IMG/VR virus record: IMGVR_UViG_3300037501_000184
Span: 1-29,065 of that record
DNA: 29,065 nucleotides
Origin: a virus
Lineage: Duplodnaviria > Caudoviricetes
Strand: one strand, 5' to 3'
Positions 9,776-18,482 of this stretch are shown here, piece after piece. The translations under genes and the position numbers were made by a program. The number at the start of each line of letters is the position of its first letter. Position 1 is the stretch's first letter. The notes below the pieces were generated by a model. That model was given only the letters and a program-made list of their open reading frames with translations. It did no database searches and was not told where the DNA came from.

Positions 9776-10239
9776 CGACGACACAAGGCTACGCCCAATG
9801 TGAAGATGCCTTGCAGACCATCTTGCAGGGCGTCAGTGGATTGACAGGACTGGTCACAAAGTCCGACTATTCGCCGTTCGACAACGGCACGGCGCAGTTT
9901 GTTGTACTCCAGCCGGATGACTTTGACGGCGGCGGGAGTGATAGCGTTGACAGAGCCGCCCACTCCTGGAGTATTCTTGTCGAGGTATATCAGAAGTACA
10001 CCGGCGAGACGGAGACCATGACGCACTTCCGCGCCCTGCGGCAGGCGATTATTGATGAACTTGAAAAGTACCCGACTTTGAATAATGCCCCCGGCGTGCT
10101 TGCCCGCTCGTATGCCAGCGAGGGCGGTGTCGTTGATGTGACGGACAGAAAGAACACTGAAATTGTCTATTACAAAATGCAGACCATTCGCGTGACAGTC
10201 GTTCAGGAAGTCACTGACATTGTCAGCGGAGAATTTTGA
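9772..10239 (+). CDS. Putative tail terminator
   Basis: Acidic, ~155 aa, directly upstream of the tail tube gene. ATGA overlap. Confidence 0.5.
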   Translation: MTTTQGYAQCEDALQTILQGVSGLTGLVTKSDYSPFDNGTAQFVVLQPDDFDGGGSDSVDRAAHSWSILVEVYQKYTGETETMTHFRALRQAIIDELEKYPTLNNAPGVLARSYASEGGVVDVTDRKNTEIVYYKMQTIRVTVVQEVTDIVSGEF

Positions 10240-10252
10240 CGAGGAGTGAAAT

Positions 10253-11311
10253 ATGACCACATCCGGCGCAAAGGCTTTGAGCAGGGTTTATCTCGCTCAA
10301 CAAACGGCATGGGGGACGCCCGTCCCGGCAGAGACGGCATGGCGCGGCATTGCCCGTTTTCCGATGGACGCAAGAGGCAAGGAATCGCCCGAAGAGAACA
10401 TTGGCTTTACCTCCAAGACCACCCGCCAGCATGACCTGTTTCATCTGGCGGAGATGGAGTTTCCTGAAACGACGGCGACGTTCGAGCAGGTCTTGCATTT
10501 GTTCGAGGCCGGCATTGAGCATGCCGCGCCGGTCGCCGACGGCGCGGGTACGGATAAAATCTTCTCGTACCAGATGGCTGTCAGCGATGCCAGTACGATT
10601 GCGTACTATACAATCGAGGGCGGAAACAACAAGAACGCCGAGAAAATGCAGGACGCGATTGTCACAGAGTTCACGCTGTCCGGCAAAAAGAAGGAAACGT
10701 GGAAGATGGGGGCCAAATGGCAGGGGACACAGACCGGCGACACGACCTTTACGTCCGGCATTAGCATCATGCCGGTCAATGCCATCAAGTTCCAGAAAAC
10801 CCGCCTGTACATTGACAACGTCAATGGCGGAATTGGAAGCACGTGGATACAGAACTCGTTTCTTGGTTTTTCGCTTACCTTCAAGTCGGGCTGGTATTTG
10901 TCGCACACCGGTGACGGTTTGATGACACCTTCCTTTGCCGAGTTTATCGGCGCGGAGGCGACTTTGAGCCTTACGTTGTTGCACAACAGTGTTACCAAGG
11001 CGGAGCGTGACCTGTGGAAGTCGAATACGCCGCGCAAGATACGTATTCAAGCGGTGGGTGAGACGCCTTTTTCAACGCCCGGAACGTCGTACTCGTATCC
11101 GACTATCAACCTTGACATGGCTGGAGTGTATACGTCGTTTGGTCCTCCCAACGAGGACGATGAAGGAGCCAGCGTGTACAGTGCGGAGTTTCAAATTGGA
11201 TACGATTCGACGGCGGCGATGGCGATGAGGATTTTGGTTGCCGCCGAATTGTCCGGCTTGATACCCAGCAGCAGTCTCTCGCCGTCCGCCTCAATCTCTC
11301 CGTCGGCGTAA
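10253..11311 (+). CDS. Major tail tube protein with a C-terminal Ser/Pro tag
   Basis: GAGGAG SD. N-terminus LAQQTAWGTPV and YYTIEGG are tail-tube-like. Lies upstream of chaperone and tape measure. Ends PSSSLSPSASISPSA. Confidence 0.75.
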   Translation: MTTSGAKALSRVYLAQQTAWGTPVPAETAWRGIARFPMDARGKESPEENIGFTSKTTRQHDLFHLAEMEFPETTATFEQVLHLFEAGIEHAAPVADGAGTDKIFSYQMAVSDASTIAYYTIEGGNNKNAEKMQDAIVTEFTLSGKKKETWKMGAKWQGTQTGDTTFTSGISIMPVNAIKFQKTRLYIDNVNGGIGSTWIQNSFLGFSLTFKSGWYLSHTGDGLMTPSFAEFIGAEATLSLTLLHNSVTKAERDLWKSNTPRKIRIQAVGETPFSTPGTSYSYPTINLDMAGVYTSFGPPNEDDEGASVYSAEFQIGYDSTAAMAMRILVAAELSGLIPSSSLSPSASISPSA

Positions 11312-11323
11312 TAATAAGGAGTA

Positions 11324-11668
11324 ATGATGTCGAAGAGTAATAATAACGGCAAGACTCCCGGTGCTGCAGTGAAGCCTCACGAAATTGTCTTCGAGCCGCC
11401 CAACGATGAAACGCCCGGTTTTCTGCGCTTGCAAAGGAATGTCCTACGCATGTCATCCCGCCTGCAAGGAGGCGATGTAACGGAAGAACTGGTCGATGAA
11501 ATGGTCGAACTGCTTCTGCCTTTTGTGGTCGAGCCTGTTGACCGCGACGAAGCCCGCGAAGCCTTGCTGGATGCCAGCAAGAAGCAGTATATGGCGATGT
11601 TGAACGGTCTCATTGGTAAGCCTGCGGGCGATGAGGTGGCGGTTGAAATAATCCCCCCGAAGTCGTAA
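11324..11668 (+). CDS. Tail assembly chaperone (gpG-like)
   Basis: 114 aa between tail tube and tape measure; AAGGAG SD. Ends at a slippery C6G run. Confidence 0.75.
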   Translation: MMSKSNNNGKTPGAAVKPHEIVFEPPNDETPGFLRLQRNVLRMSSRLQGGDVTEELVDEMVELLLPFVVEPVDRDEAREALLDASKKQYMAMLNGLIGKPAGDEVAVEIIPPKS

Positions 11669-11892
11669 GGGGGCTGGAGGTCTATTATCAGACAGGCATA
11701 TATGCGCCTGTCGGTGATGACGGTTACGATGATGACGAGGAGGCGGGTCTGCCTGTGGAGGTACTGTTGCTTGAAATGGCAGGCTACGACCCGCTTCGGG
11801 CGCAGGAAATCGAGGCAGGCTTGTCCCGCCGCTGGTGGAGGTGGTGGGTTGCTGACCGGCAGGCCCGCGTAGAAGCAGGTTTGAAAAGGTGA
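11653..11892 (+). CDS. -1 frameshift extension of the tail assembly chaperone (gpGT-like C-terminal part)
   Basis: The -1 frame is open from 11647 to TGA 11890-11892 (…PEVVRGLEVYYQTG…EMAGYDPLRAQEIEAGLSRRWWRWWVADRQARVEAGLKR). X_XXY_YYZ heptamer C_CCC_CCG at 11653-11659. Confidence 0.7.
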   Translation, partial: PPEVVRGLEVYYQTGIYAPVGDDGYDDDEEAGLPVEVLLLEMAGYDPLRAQEIEAGLSRRWWRWWVADRQARVEAGLKR

Positions 11893-11895
11893 TGA

Positions 11896-13818
11896 ATGGC
11901 TGTTGATGTAACCATGCGTTTGCGTGCCGAAGACCAGGCCAGCGGAGTGCTTTCGCGGGTTGGGGGCGCGTTCTCAAACGTCCTGCAAGGGGCGGCTTCG
12001 TTCATTGCCGCCAATGTCATCCAGCGCGGTGGCGAGGCTATCTTGAAGTTTGCAACAGATAGTTTTCAAGGTGCTTTGGATGCGCAGGCGGGTATTGATG
12101 CCCTGCGTTCCAGTATTGACAGGTTGGGCGAAAGTTCTCCGCTTGTGATGGATGAGGCGAAAAGGCTTGCGGAACAATTCAAGAACCTTGTTGGAGGTTC
12201 GGACGACATGGTCCTGGCAATGACCAATGTCGGCTTGCGTTTTGACAAAATATCGAAAGATATGTTTCCTGACTTCATTCAAAAATCGTCCGACCTTGCC
12301 ACCGTCTTGAAAATGGAACCAACCAGGGCGGCTGAACTTTTGGGGAAGGTCTTGCAAGATTTGGGAACAGACGGAGTTGGAAGTGTCGGCAGATTGAAAC
12401 TGGCAGGTGTTCAATTCACCGACGAACAGGAAAAACAAATCAAGACCCTTGTCGAGAGCGGTGACGTTCTTGGCGCTCAACGGGTGTTGATGGATGCTTT
12501 GGCAAAAAGCACTGATGGCGCGGCGGCGGCGGCGGCGAATACCGCAAAAGGTCAATGGACAATATTCAAGGAGACCATTGCTGATGCCGGAGAAGGCGTG
12601 GCATTATCCTTGCTGCCGAGCCTGACCAAATTTGCCAGTTACTTGAATACAAACATTGCTCCTGCCATTACCGGGTTCATCGATTCCTTCAAAACCGCCT
12701 TCGATTTTTTGAGCGATGCCTTTGAAGGTGGTTTTGATATTTCCAAATTGTTTACAATTAGTGAAGGAGGAAAAACGCTCATGGGCGACATGCTAAAAAG
12801 CGTGGGGATTGATGAGGGTCTTGCTGACACGATAGGGCAGACGTTCGCCGGTGCTTTTTCATGGGTTGATGGTGTCGGACGGTCTGTACGCGACTTTTTT
12901 GATTTTCTTGGCAATTGGTGGACGCTGAATGGTGCTCCATTGGTGGAGAACTTTAAGTCAATGGGTGCATCGACTGCCGAGGTGTTTGGCAGGATTGTTG
13001 CAGACATCAAGCCGTTGATCGATGAAGTGCTTGCCAAGGTTGCGGCATGGATGCTTGAAAATGGACCTCTTATTCAGGAGTTTTTTCGACAGGTTGCATT
13101 GGTTTGGAACGATTTCCTTATGCCAGTTATTGGCATTGCGTGGGAGACAATCAAGCCCATCATTGGCGGGTTGATCGATCTGATGCTTGGTTTGGGAAAG
13201 ATCATCATGCAGGTTGTCACCGGTGACTGGCAGGGCGCGTGGGAGACATTGAAGGAAACGGCTTCGTCCGTTGGTGAGGCATTGATAGATGCAGTCACGA
13301 ACCTGATGAATGGCATCCTTGAATTATTCGGAACGAACCTGAACGAGGTCACGGATGTCATGGCAGACTGGATAAACGATGCGATTGCGTGGGGGTCAAA
13401 CTTGGTGGAAGGCATCCGTACGGGCATTTCTAATGCGTGGAGCGGTTTAAGGTCGTGGTTTCAAAGTCTGTGGCAAGACCTTGTTGGTGGTGTGAAGGAT
13501 TTTCTTGGGATGCAATCGCCATCCAAAGTGTTTGCCGGCATTGGTGCGAACATGATGGCTGGTCTGGCGGAAGGCATTGGCGGCGGCGCAACCGTGCCAG
13601 TCAACGCCATGTTGAATGCGACAAGCGGGATTGTCAATGCCGTGCCTGTCGGGGCGGCGGGTTCGCCTGTCCTGTCTGCCTCTGCTGCCTCTGCGCCGAC
13701 CATCATTGTCAATGTCCAGTCTCCCGTCACGGTTATGGACGAAAAAAACGCCGTCGAGAACCTGCGAAAGTATGTCGGGCAGGCGTTCCGCCAATTGAAG
13801 TCGGAGGGTGTTGTATGA
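11896..13818 (+). CDS. Tape measure protein
   Basis: 640 aa, Ala/Gly-rich and helical. N-terminal LRAEDQAS, periodic Trp/Phe repeats (GDWQGAWE) and C-terminal LGMQSPSKVFAGIG motif. Confidence 0.92.
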   Translation: MAVDVTMRLRAEDQASGVLSRVGGAFSNVLQGAASFIAANVIQRGGEAILKFATDSFQGALDAQAGIDALRSSIDRLGESSPLVMDEAKRLAEQFKNLVGGSDDMVLAMTNVGLRFDKISKDMFPDFIQKSSDLATVLKMEPTRAAELLGKVLQDLGTDGVGSVGRLKLAGVQFTDEQEKQIKTLVESGDVLGAQRVLMDALAKSTDGAAAAAANTAKGQWTIFKETIADAGEGVALSLLPSLTKFASYLNTNIAPAITGFIDSFKTAFDFLSDAFEGGFDISKLFTISEGGKTLMGDMLKSVGIDEGLADTIGQTFAGAFSWVDGVGRSVRDFFDFLGNWWTLNGAPLVENFKSMGASTAEVFGRIVADIKPLIDEVLAKVAAWMLENGPLIQEFFRQVALVWNDFLMPVIGIAWETIKPIIGGLIDLMLGLGKIIMQVVTGDWQGAWETLKETASSVGEALIDAVTNLMNGILELFGTNLNEVTDVMADWINDAIAWGSNLVEGIRTGISNAWSGLRSWFQSLWQDLVGGVKDFLGMQSPSKVFAGIGANMMAGLAEGIGGGATVPVNAMLNATSGIVNAVPVGAAGSPVLSASAASAPTIIVNVQSPVTVMDEKNAVENLRKYVGQAFRQLKSEGVV

Positions 13819-13824
13819 CGGACC

Positions 13825-14049
13825 TTATTTCCAACGCTTCCGGTTGTGCATCAATGACATTGTTGACTGCGAAACGTTGTACATATTTTCGAGTTCCATT
13901 TGTGTTTTATGTCCCTGCGCTAGATGTTCAAGGATTTCGGCAGCTTCTCGTGAAGATAATTTGTGCGTTCCGCTTGTTTCGCCACGAGTACCGGTCATGC
14001 GGCCTTTTCTCATTGCATCGTCAACATCTCGTTGAGTATATTTGTACAT
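13825..14049 (-). pseudogene. C-terminal DNA-binding (HTH) remnant of an HNH homing endonuclease, antisense to the tail operon
   Basis: TQRDVDDAMRKGR..RGE....KLS......I......G.TQ......YNVSQSTMS......W resembles the C-terminus of phage HNH endonucleases. No catalytic HNH core is present. Confidence 0.55.
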
Positions 14050-14071
14050 GTCGTTATAACACAGGTGCAAC

Positions 14072-15610
14072 ATGGTAGACCGGCGCTATGGCAGGAACAA
14101 GTACGGCGATGGCAAATTGTACGGTGCAAGCACGGACATGGAGACATTGGCTTGGGACGTGTCCTTTGATTGGGATGGCGATGGCATTTTTGAGAGTAAT
14201 GAAAGCCATCATTTGCAGGGCGTCAAGGTGACACGCGGCAGGACTGGCATGTTGAACGAGAATGGCGTCGGCTTCCGCGAAATACCGACAGGACGGGCAG
14301 TCTTGACCTTTCACAACAACGACCGCCGTTATGATGCGTGGAATACTTCCAGCCCGATTTATCCGATGGTAAACTATGGTGTTGAGGTCAGGATACGCGT
14401 GCGAAAACTGGACGATGGCATTGTTTATCCGGTCATGCGCGGTACGGTGACAGGCATCGTGCCGAGTGGTTACGGCAGCAAGCCTGCTGTTGATTTTACC
14501 GTTTCGGATGGTTTGATGTTCTTGCGGAACACGTATAGCCGTGTCGAAGAAGTGCAGGAGAACATCACGGTTGATGAAGCCATCCTGCTTGTTTTGGCTG
14601 GAGCGAAATACCGATGGGGCGTCAATCTTGATGCAACCAGTGAAACCATTCCCTATTGGTGGTCGAGCGGCAACGTCATTGCCATGACGGAACTGGAACG
14701 GTTGGCAGTCTCGTTCATGGGTTACTTTTTTGCCGACCGCGAGAATAAGGGGCGGTTTATTGCCAGAGGTACTCCGTATCAATCGGTTTCCACACTCGAA
14801 CAAGAGCAGATGCTGAAGGATGTTGGCAATCCGCAGCCTTATGACATCTATCGCAATGTCGTCAGATTGAAGGTGCATCCGCGCACCCGTGCCGCGTCAG
14901 GCACGATATTCCAATTGCAAGGCGAAGTGCCGACAATACCAGCAGGGCAATCATTGGTGTTGTTTGGTGATTATTCCTATAACGGCACTGCCTGCCCTGC
15001 CATTAATGTTATTCCTCCAGCTGCCTCGACCGACTACGCTTTAAACACGCAGAGAGATGGTCTTGGCTCTGACTTAACAGGCTCGTTCACGCGATACTTC
15101 TACAATTTCGGCGACACATTCAAGATTGTTTTGGTGAACGGAAGCGCATCAACGGCATATTTGACACTGCTCAAGGTACGCGGAGATGCAATCTACGAGA
15201 CGGACACTGCGGATGTAACCTATCCCCCCGACACGGATATTGTCACACAACCAAGGGAATTGTTTGTTGATTTGGCCTGGCAGCAGGATGTAAATATTGC
15301 CATTGACATTGCCAACGTGCAGGGCGCGTTCTGGTCGACGCTGCACCCGACCCCGATTGTCAAGATTGACACCCGCCCTGAGCTGCAGTTTGACTTGGAT
15401 CTTTTCGACGTGGTTGAGGTCAACCTTGCCGCCATCGGCTTGTCGTATGCCACCTACCGCATCGGCGGTATTGAGCATCGAACCTATGGAAGCGAGAACT
15501 GCCAGAACGTTTTGACAACACTGTACCTTGAACCATATGTTTCCGCTGGCGACTACATGCAGTGGGATGTAAATTCCGTTTGGGATACCAGTACAGTGTT
15601 TGGATGGTAA
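14072..15610 (+). CDS. Tail tip/baseplate hub-type minor tail protein
   Basis: 512 aa, first + strand gene after the tape measure. Motifs VTRGR, G...L...N.D.RY and GYFFADRENKGRF are typical of siphophage tail-tip proteins. Confidence 0.65.
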   Translation: MVDRRYGRNKYGDGKLYGASTDMETLAWDVSFDWDGDGIFESNESHHLQGVKVTRGRTGMLNENGVGFREIPTGRAVLTFHNNDRRYDAWNTSSPIYPMVNYGVEVRIRVRKLDDGIVYPVMRGTVTGIVPSGYGSKPAVDFTVSDGLMFLRNTYSRVEEVQENITVDEAILLVLAGAKYRWGVNLDATSETIPYWWSSGNVIAMTELERLAVSFMGYFFADRENKGRFIARGTPYQSVSTLEQEQMLKDVGNPQPYDIYRNVVRLKVHPRTRAASGTIFQLQGEVPTIPAGQSLVLFGDYSYNGTACPAINVIPPAASTDYALNTQRDGLGSDLTGSFTRYFYNFGDTFKIVLVNGSASTAYLTLLKVRGDAIYETDTADVTYPPDTDIVTQPRELFVDLAWQQDVNIAIDIANVQGAFWSTLHPTPIVKIDTRPELQFDLDLFDVVEVNLAAIGLSYATYRIGGIEHRTYGSENCQNVLTTLYLEPYVSAGDYMQWDVNSVWDTSTVFGW

Positions 15611-15616
15611 GGTGAA

Positions 15617-16183
15617 ATGAGCGTGAAACCACTTGACAAAATCATCAGCGCGAAGGACTACGGCGGAAGCGGACAGAAATATCTCCGCAAACAACAGGAG
15701 GAAATCCGCCGACGTCTGGGTATAGCCGTAAAACTTCACGGGATCGATGCGCCTTCCGGCGTGCCGGTATTTGCAGAAGTCTGGCAGGGACAATGGATTG
15801 CCCGATGCGGGGATTGTAACGGGGCTTCATTCATTGACCCCGATGAGCCGGTCTTCTTCTGTTTTGGATGCGGCAACCGTTCCAACGGCGGTTTTTGTCG
15901 TCCCGTCATAATTCCCAGGAATTGGAAGGAGATAGAATTGGTTCTCCTTGAGCGACCAGTTGATGATGTTGCCGGGTTGACAGACCTTGAACGGGCAGGC
16001 ATGGCACGACCTGTCCTTCACATCGAACGGGATGTCGTCGATGAAAAAGGGCATGTTACGACGGCGCTGCTCCCGCTTGTCAGGTCCTGGAAACACGGTG
16101 AAACGCTGGAGGACCTGCACGCACAACAAGATGAGCCGTTGAGACGCTGGCAGTTGGCGAAGGAGGCGGACCATGGCGTTTGA
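15617..16183 (+). CDS. Hypothetical protein with a Zn-ribbon (CxxC...CxxC)
   Basis: WIARCGDC...FFCFGCGN; AAGGTG SD. Confidence 0.65.
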   Translation: MSVKPLDKIISAKDYGGSGQKYLRKQQEEIRRRLGIAVKLHGIDAPSGVPVFAEVWQGQWIARCGDCNGASFIDPDEPVFFCFGCGNRSNGGFCRPVIIPRNWKEIELVLLERPVDDVAGLTDLERAGMARPVLHIERDVVDEKGHVTTALLPLVRSWKHGETLEDLHAQQDEPLRRWQLAKEADHGV

Positions 16184-16754
16184 CAACTCGTTTGTCGCCG
16201 TGACCGGCGCAACCTACACCGCCGCCCAATACAATACGTACACCAGGGGCAATTTCACGGCGATTTGGGTGTACACGAATGCTGGGGACATGGCCCATGC
16301 CACTAGTGCAACAACCTTATCGCGTCTTGCCATTGGAGCGAATGGCTCGTATTTGGAAAGCAACGGCACCTCTCCGCAATGGACGAAGTTATATCGTTAT
16401 ATGGGTTTTTTGCTGAATACAACAGCTGCTTTGAGCATTGGAGATGATGCCGTTCGTTTTCGTATTCCCGCCGCCCTGAATGGCTGGAATATCGTCAGTG
16501 TTGCCATGTCAAGAAAGTCCGGTACGGGTGTGCCGACCATCCAAATACGTAATGTAACCGATGGCGTGGATGTTTTGTCGACACGCCTCACAATTGACAG
16601 CGGAGAAACCGACTCGTCCACCGCTTCTGTTCCGGCGGTCATCGACACGTCCTATGACGACGTGGCAACCGCCGACCAGTTTGCCATCGACGTCGACGCA
16701 GCAGGTGCAAACACGCTGTTTTGCTATGTTGAGATTGGTTTTGCCAAGCCATGA
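16173..16754 (+). CDS. Putative tail fibre/minor tail protein
   Basis: AGGAGG SD. Fibre-like motif GDMAHATSATTLSRLAIGANGSYL and a beta-sandwich C-terminus. Confidence 0.6.
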   Translation: MAFDNSFVAVTGATYTAAQYNTYTRGNFTAIWVYTNAGDMAHATSATTLSRLAIGANGSYLESNGTSPQWTKLYRYMGFLLNTTAALSIGDDAVRFRIPAALNGWNIVSVAMSRKSGTGVPTIQIRNVTDGVDVLSTRLTIDSGETDSSTASVPAVIDTSYDDVATADQFAIDVDAAGANTLFCYVEIGFAKP

Positions 16755-17305
16755 GTACAATTGTTATCCAATGCAACTCCGGCGATTGCTGGGCAGACAA
16801 AGCCGGGAATTTCAGTGCAACCGGCAGTGAGTTGTATGTTATTGATTCTCCCGGTGTGACAAACTCCAATGTCCGCACGTGGATACCGTTTACCGTGCCG
16901 TTGAGGAATGTAACGGTCCAGCAGGCTTATATTACAATCAGGCCAAACGCATCGCAGAGTGGAGATGGAACAATAAAGTTTTCGTGCGAGGCGTCTGATA
17001 ATCCAGGCACACCGGTAAGCGCTGCAGATTTGAACAGTCGACCATTGTCCTCATATCAAACGGATATTTTGATTGGTAATTGGGCAGCCGACACCAATTA
17101 CACGTATCAGATTGACAATCCCATTCAGGAGACGCTGCAGCGTCCTGGCTGGCAGGCTGGTAATACGCTTGCGGTGATCATTGATGATGTCGACTTTGGT
17201 GAAAACCAGCGTTCGATATACAGTCATGAGGGCAATGCCTCCTACCGTGCCTATCTAACCATCAACTACATTGACTTCACGCCGGTCGGCGTGGCGTTGT
17301 ATTAG
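16751..17305 (+). CDS. Putative virion protein with a carbohydrate-binding-like beta-sandwich (DNRLRE-like)
   Basis: R.WIPF.V, IQETLQRPGW..GN and S.E......YLTINY pattern. ATGA overlap with the upstream gene. Confidence 0.5.
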   Translation: MSTIVIQCNSGDCWADKAGNFSATGSELYVIDSPGVTNSNVRTWIPFTVPLRNVTVQQAYITIRPNASQSGDGTIKFSCEASDNPGTPVSAADLNSRPLSSYQTDILIGNWAADTNYTYQIDNPIQETLQRPGWQAGNTLAVIIDDVDFGENQRSIYSHEGNASYRAYLTINYIDFTPVGVALY

Positions 17306-17318
17306 AAAGGATGTTGCC

Positions 17319-18476
17319 TTGACGACGCTTGCCGATTTTCAGAAAACAAACCTTGCAGACGACCACACCGCCGAAGATTACAATTTTCTGCTGAAAGGCG
17401 TGTTGAACGCCCTGCTTGCAAACACCGAGACCATCTCAGCAACGAAACAACTTGTGGATGGCGATTGCCAGATACAAATAATCACGCCAAGCGGAGCGAA
17501 CCGCACGGTTCAGCTGCCCTCTGAAGCCACGACAAACCATGTGCATTTCATCAAGTGCGCAAGCGGCGCAACCTATGACGTGCTGGTGAAGGATGACGGC
17601 GGAGCGACCACGTTTTGTACGCTCGATGCGAACGAGTGGGCATTATGCATTCCAGCCGGCAATATCTGGCATGTAATTCATTCTGCATCGGTGGAGGCGT
17701 CCGTCGCCGCTGGCGATGTGACTATAACCGACAGTGGAGGATATTTTGCGGGTACGAATGTTGAGGCGGCGCTGCAGGAATTGGGGAAGGCGGTCTACGT
17801 CAGCACGATAATTGATGGGATGAAATTGATCTGGAATAATGCAACCAGCATCAGTGTTGGGGTTGGTCGGTGTTATGCGGAGAACGGAGACCTCATCAGT
17901 GTTACCAGCGTGTTGACGGCATCGGGCCTGAGTCTGAGCAATGACACGTGGTATCACGTGTATGTCTATTTGAGCGGCGGGACGCCCGCTGTGGAGGTGG
18001 TCACAACCGCACCGGCGGCATGGAAGGGGACGGCGTACAGCAAGACGGGTGCGGCCTCGCGCCGTTATGTGGGGAGCATCCGTTCTGGCGGCAGCGCGAA
18101 TGTGCTGTATTTCGTACACTTGCTATGCGGAAAGATTGCGTATGGGGAGAATTTCTCGACGACTCTGCGGGTGCTGTCTAGTGGTACCGCCACGACGGAG
18201 ACGGACATAGACTGCTCGTCGCTCGTACCCGTGACGAGTACGGCCGTGTCCATCGCCGTATCGAATAACTCTGGAGCCGGAGGCAATTTATATGTTGCCT
18301 CCAGCGGTGCGGACAACACTGCGCCGCCGACGACGGGCATTATCATCGTCGGCGACGGCAAAACGCAGGCAGGAGATGTGCCGATTGACAGCAACCGATA
18401 TATCAGTTATGCGTACAACGCCAATCCGGGGTCTGGCGGATTGATTAGCGTGCTGGGTTATTATTTTGACAGGTGA
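17319..18476 (+). CDS. Putative tail fibre/receptor-binding protein
   Basis: AAAGGA SD before TTG 17319. Contains the GYFAGTNVEAALQEL fibre linker motif plus TWYHVY, RRYVGSI and a terminal VLGYY. Confidence 0.6.
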   Translation: MTTLADFQKTNLADDHTAEDYNFLLKGVLNALLANTETISATKQLVDGDCQIQIITPSGANRTVQLPSEATTNHVHFIKCASGATYDVLVKDDGGATTFCTLDANEWALCIPAGNIWHVIHSASVEASVAAGDVTITDSGGYFAGTNVEAALQELGKAVYVSTIIDGMKLIWNNATSISVGVGRCYAENGDLISVTSVLTASGLSLSNDTWYHVYVYLSGGTPAVEVVTTAPAAWKGTAYSKTGAASRRYVGSIRSGGSANVLYFVHLLCGKIAYGENFSTTLRVLSSGTATTETDIDCSSLVPVTSTAVSIAVSNNSGAGGNLYVASSGADNTAPPTTGIIIVGDGKTQAGDVPIDSNRYISYAYNANPGSGGLISVLGYYFDR

Positions 18477-18482
18477 TTGATT

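Noticed and set aside
13825-14081. Possible self-splicing intron restoring MTDRRY
   Set aside because: No group I/II core elements were recognised, the embedded ORF is antisense, and the downstream gene has its own ATG with an AGGTG SD. It is treated as an insertion instead.
17319-18476. Diversity-generating retroelement target in the fibre gene
   Set aside because: No reverse transcriptase and no template/variable repeat pair were seen in the window.
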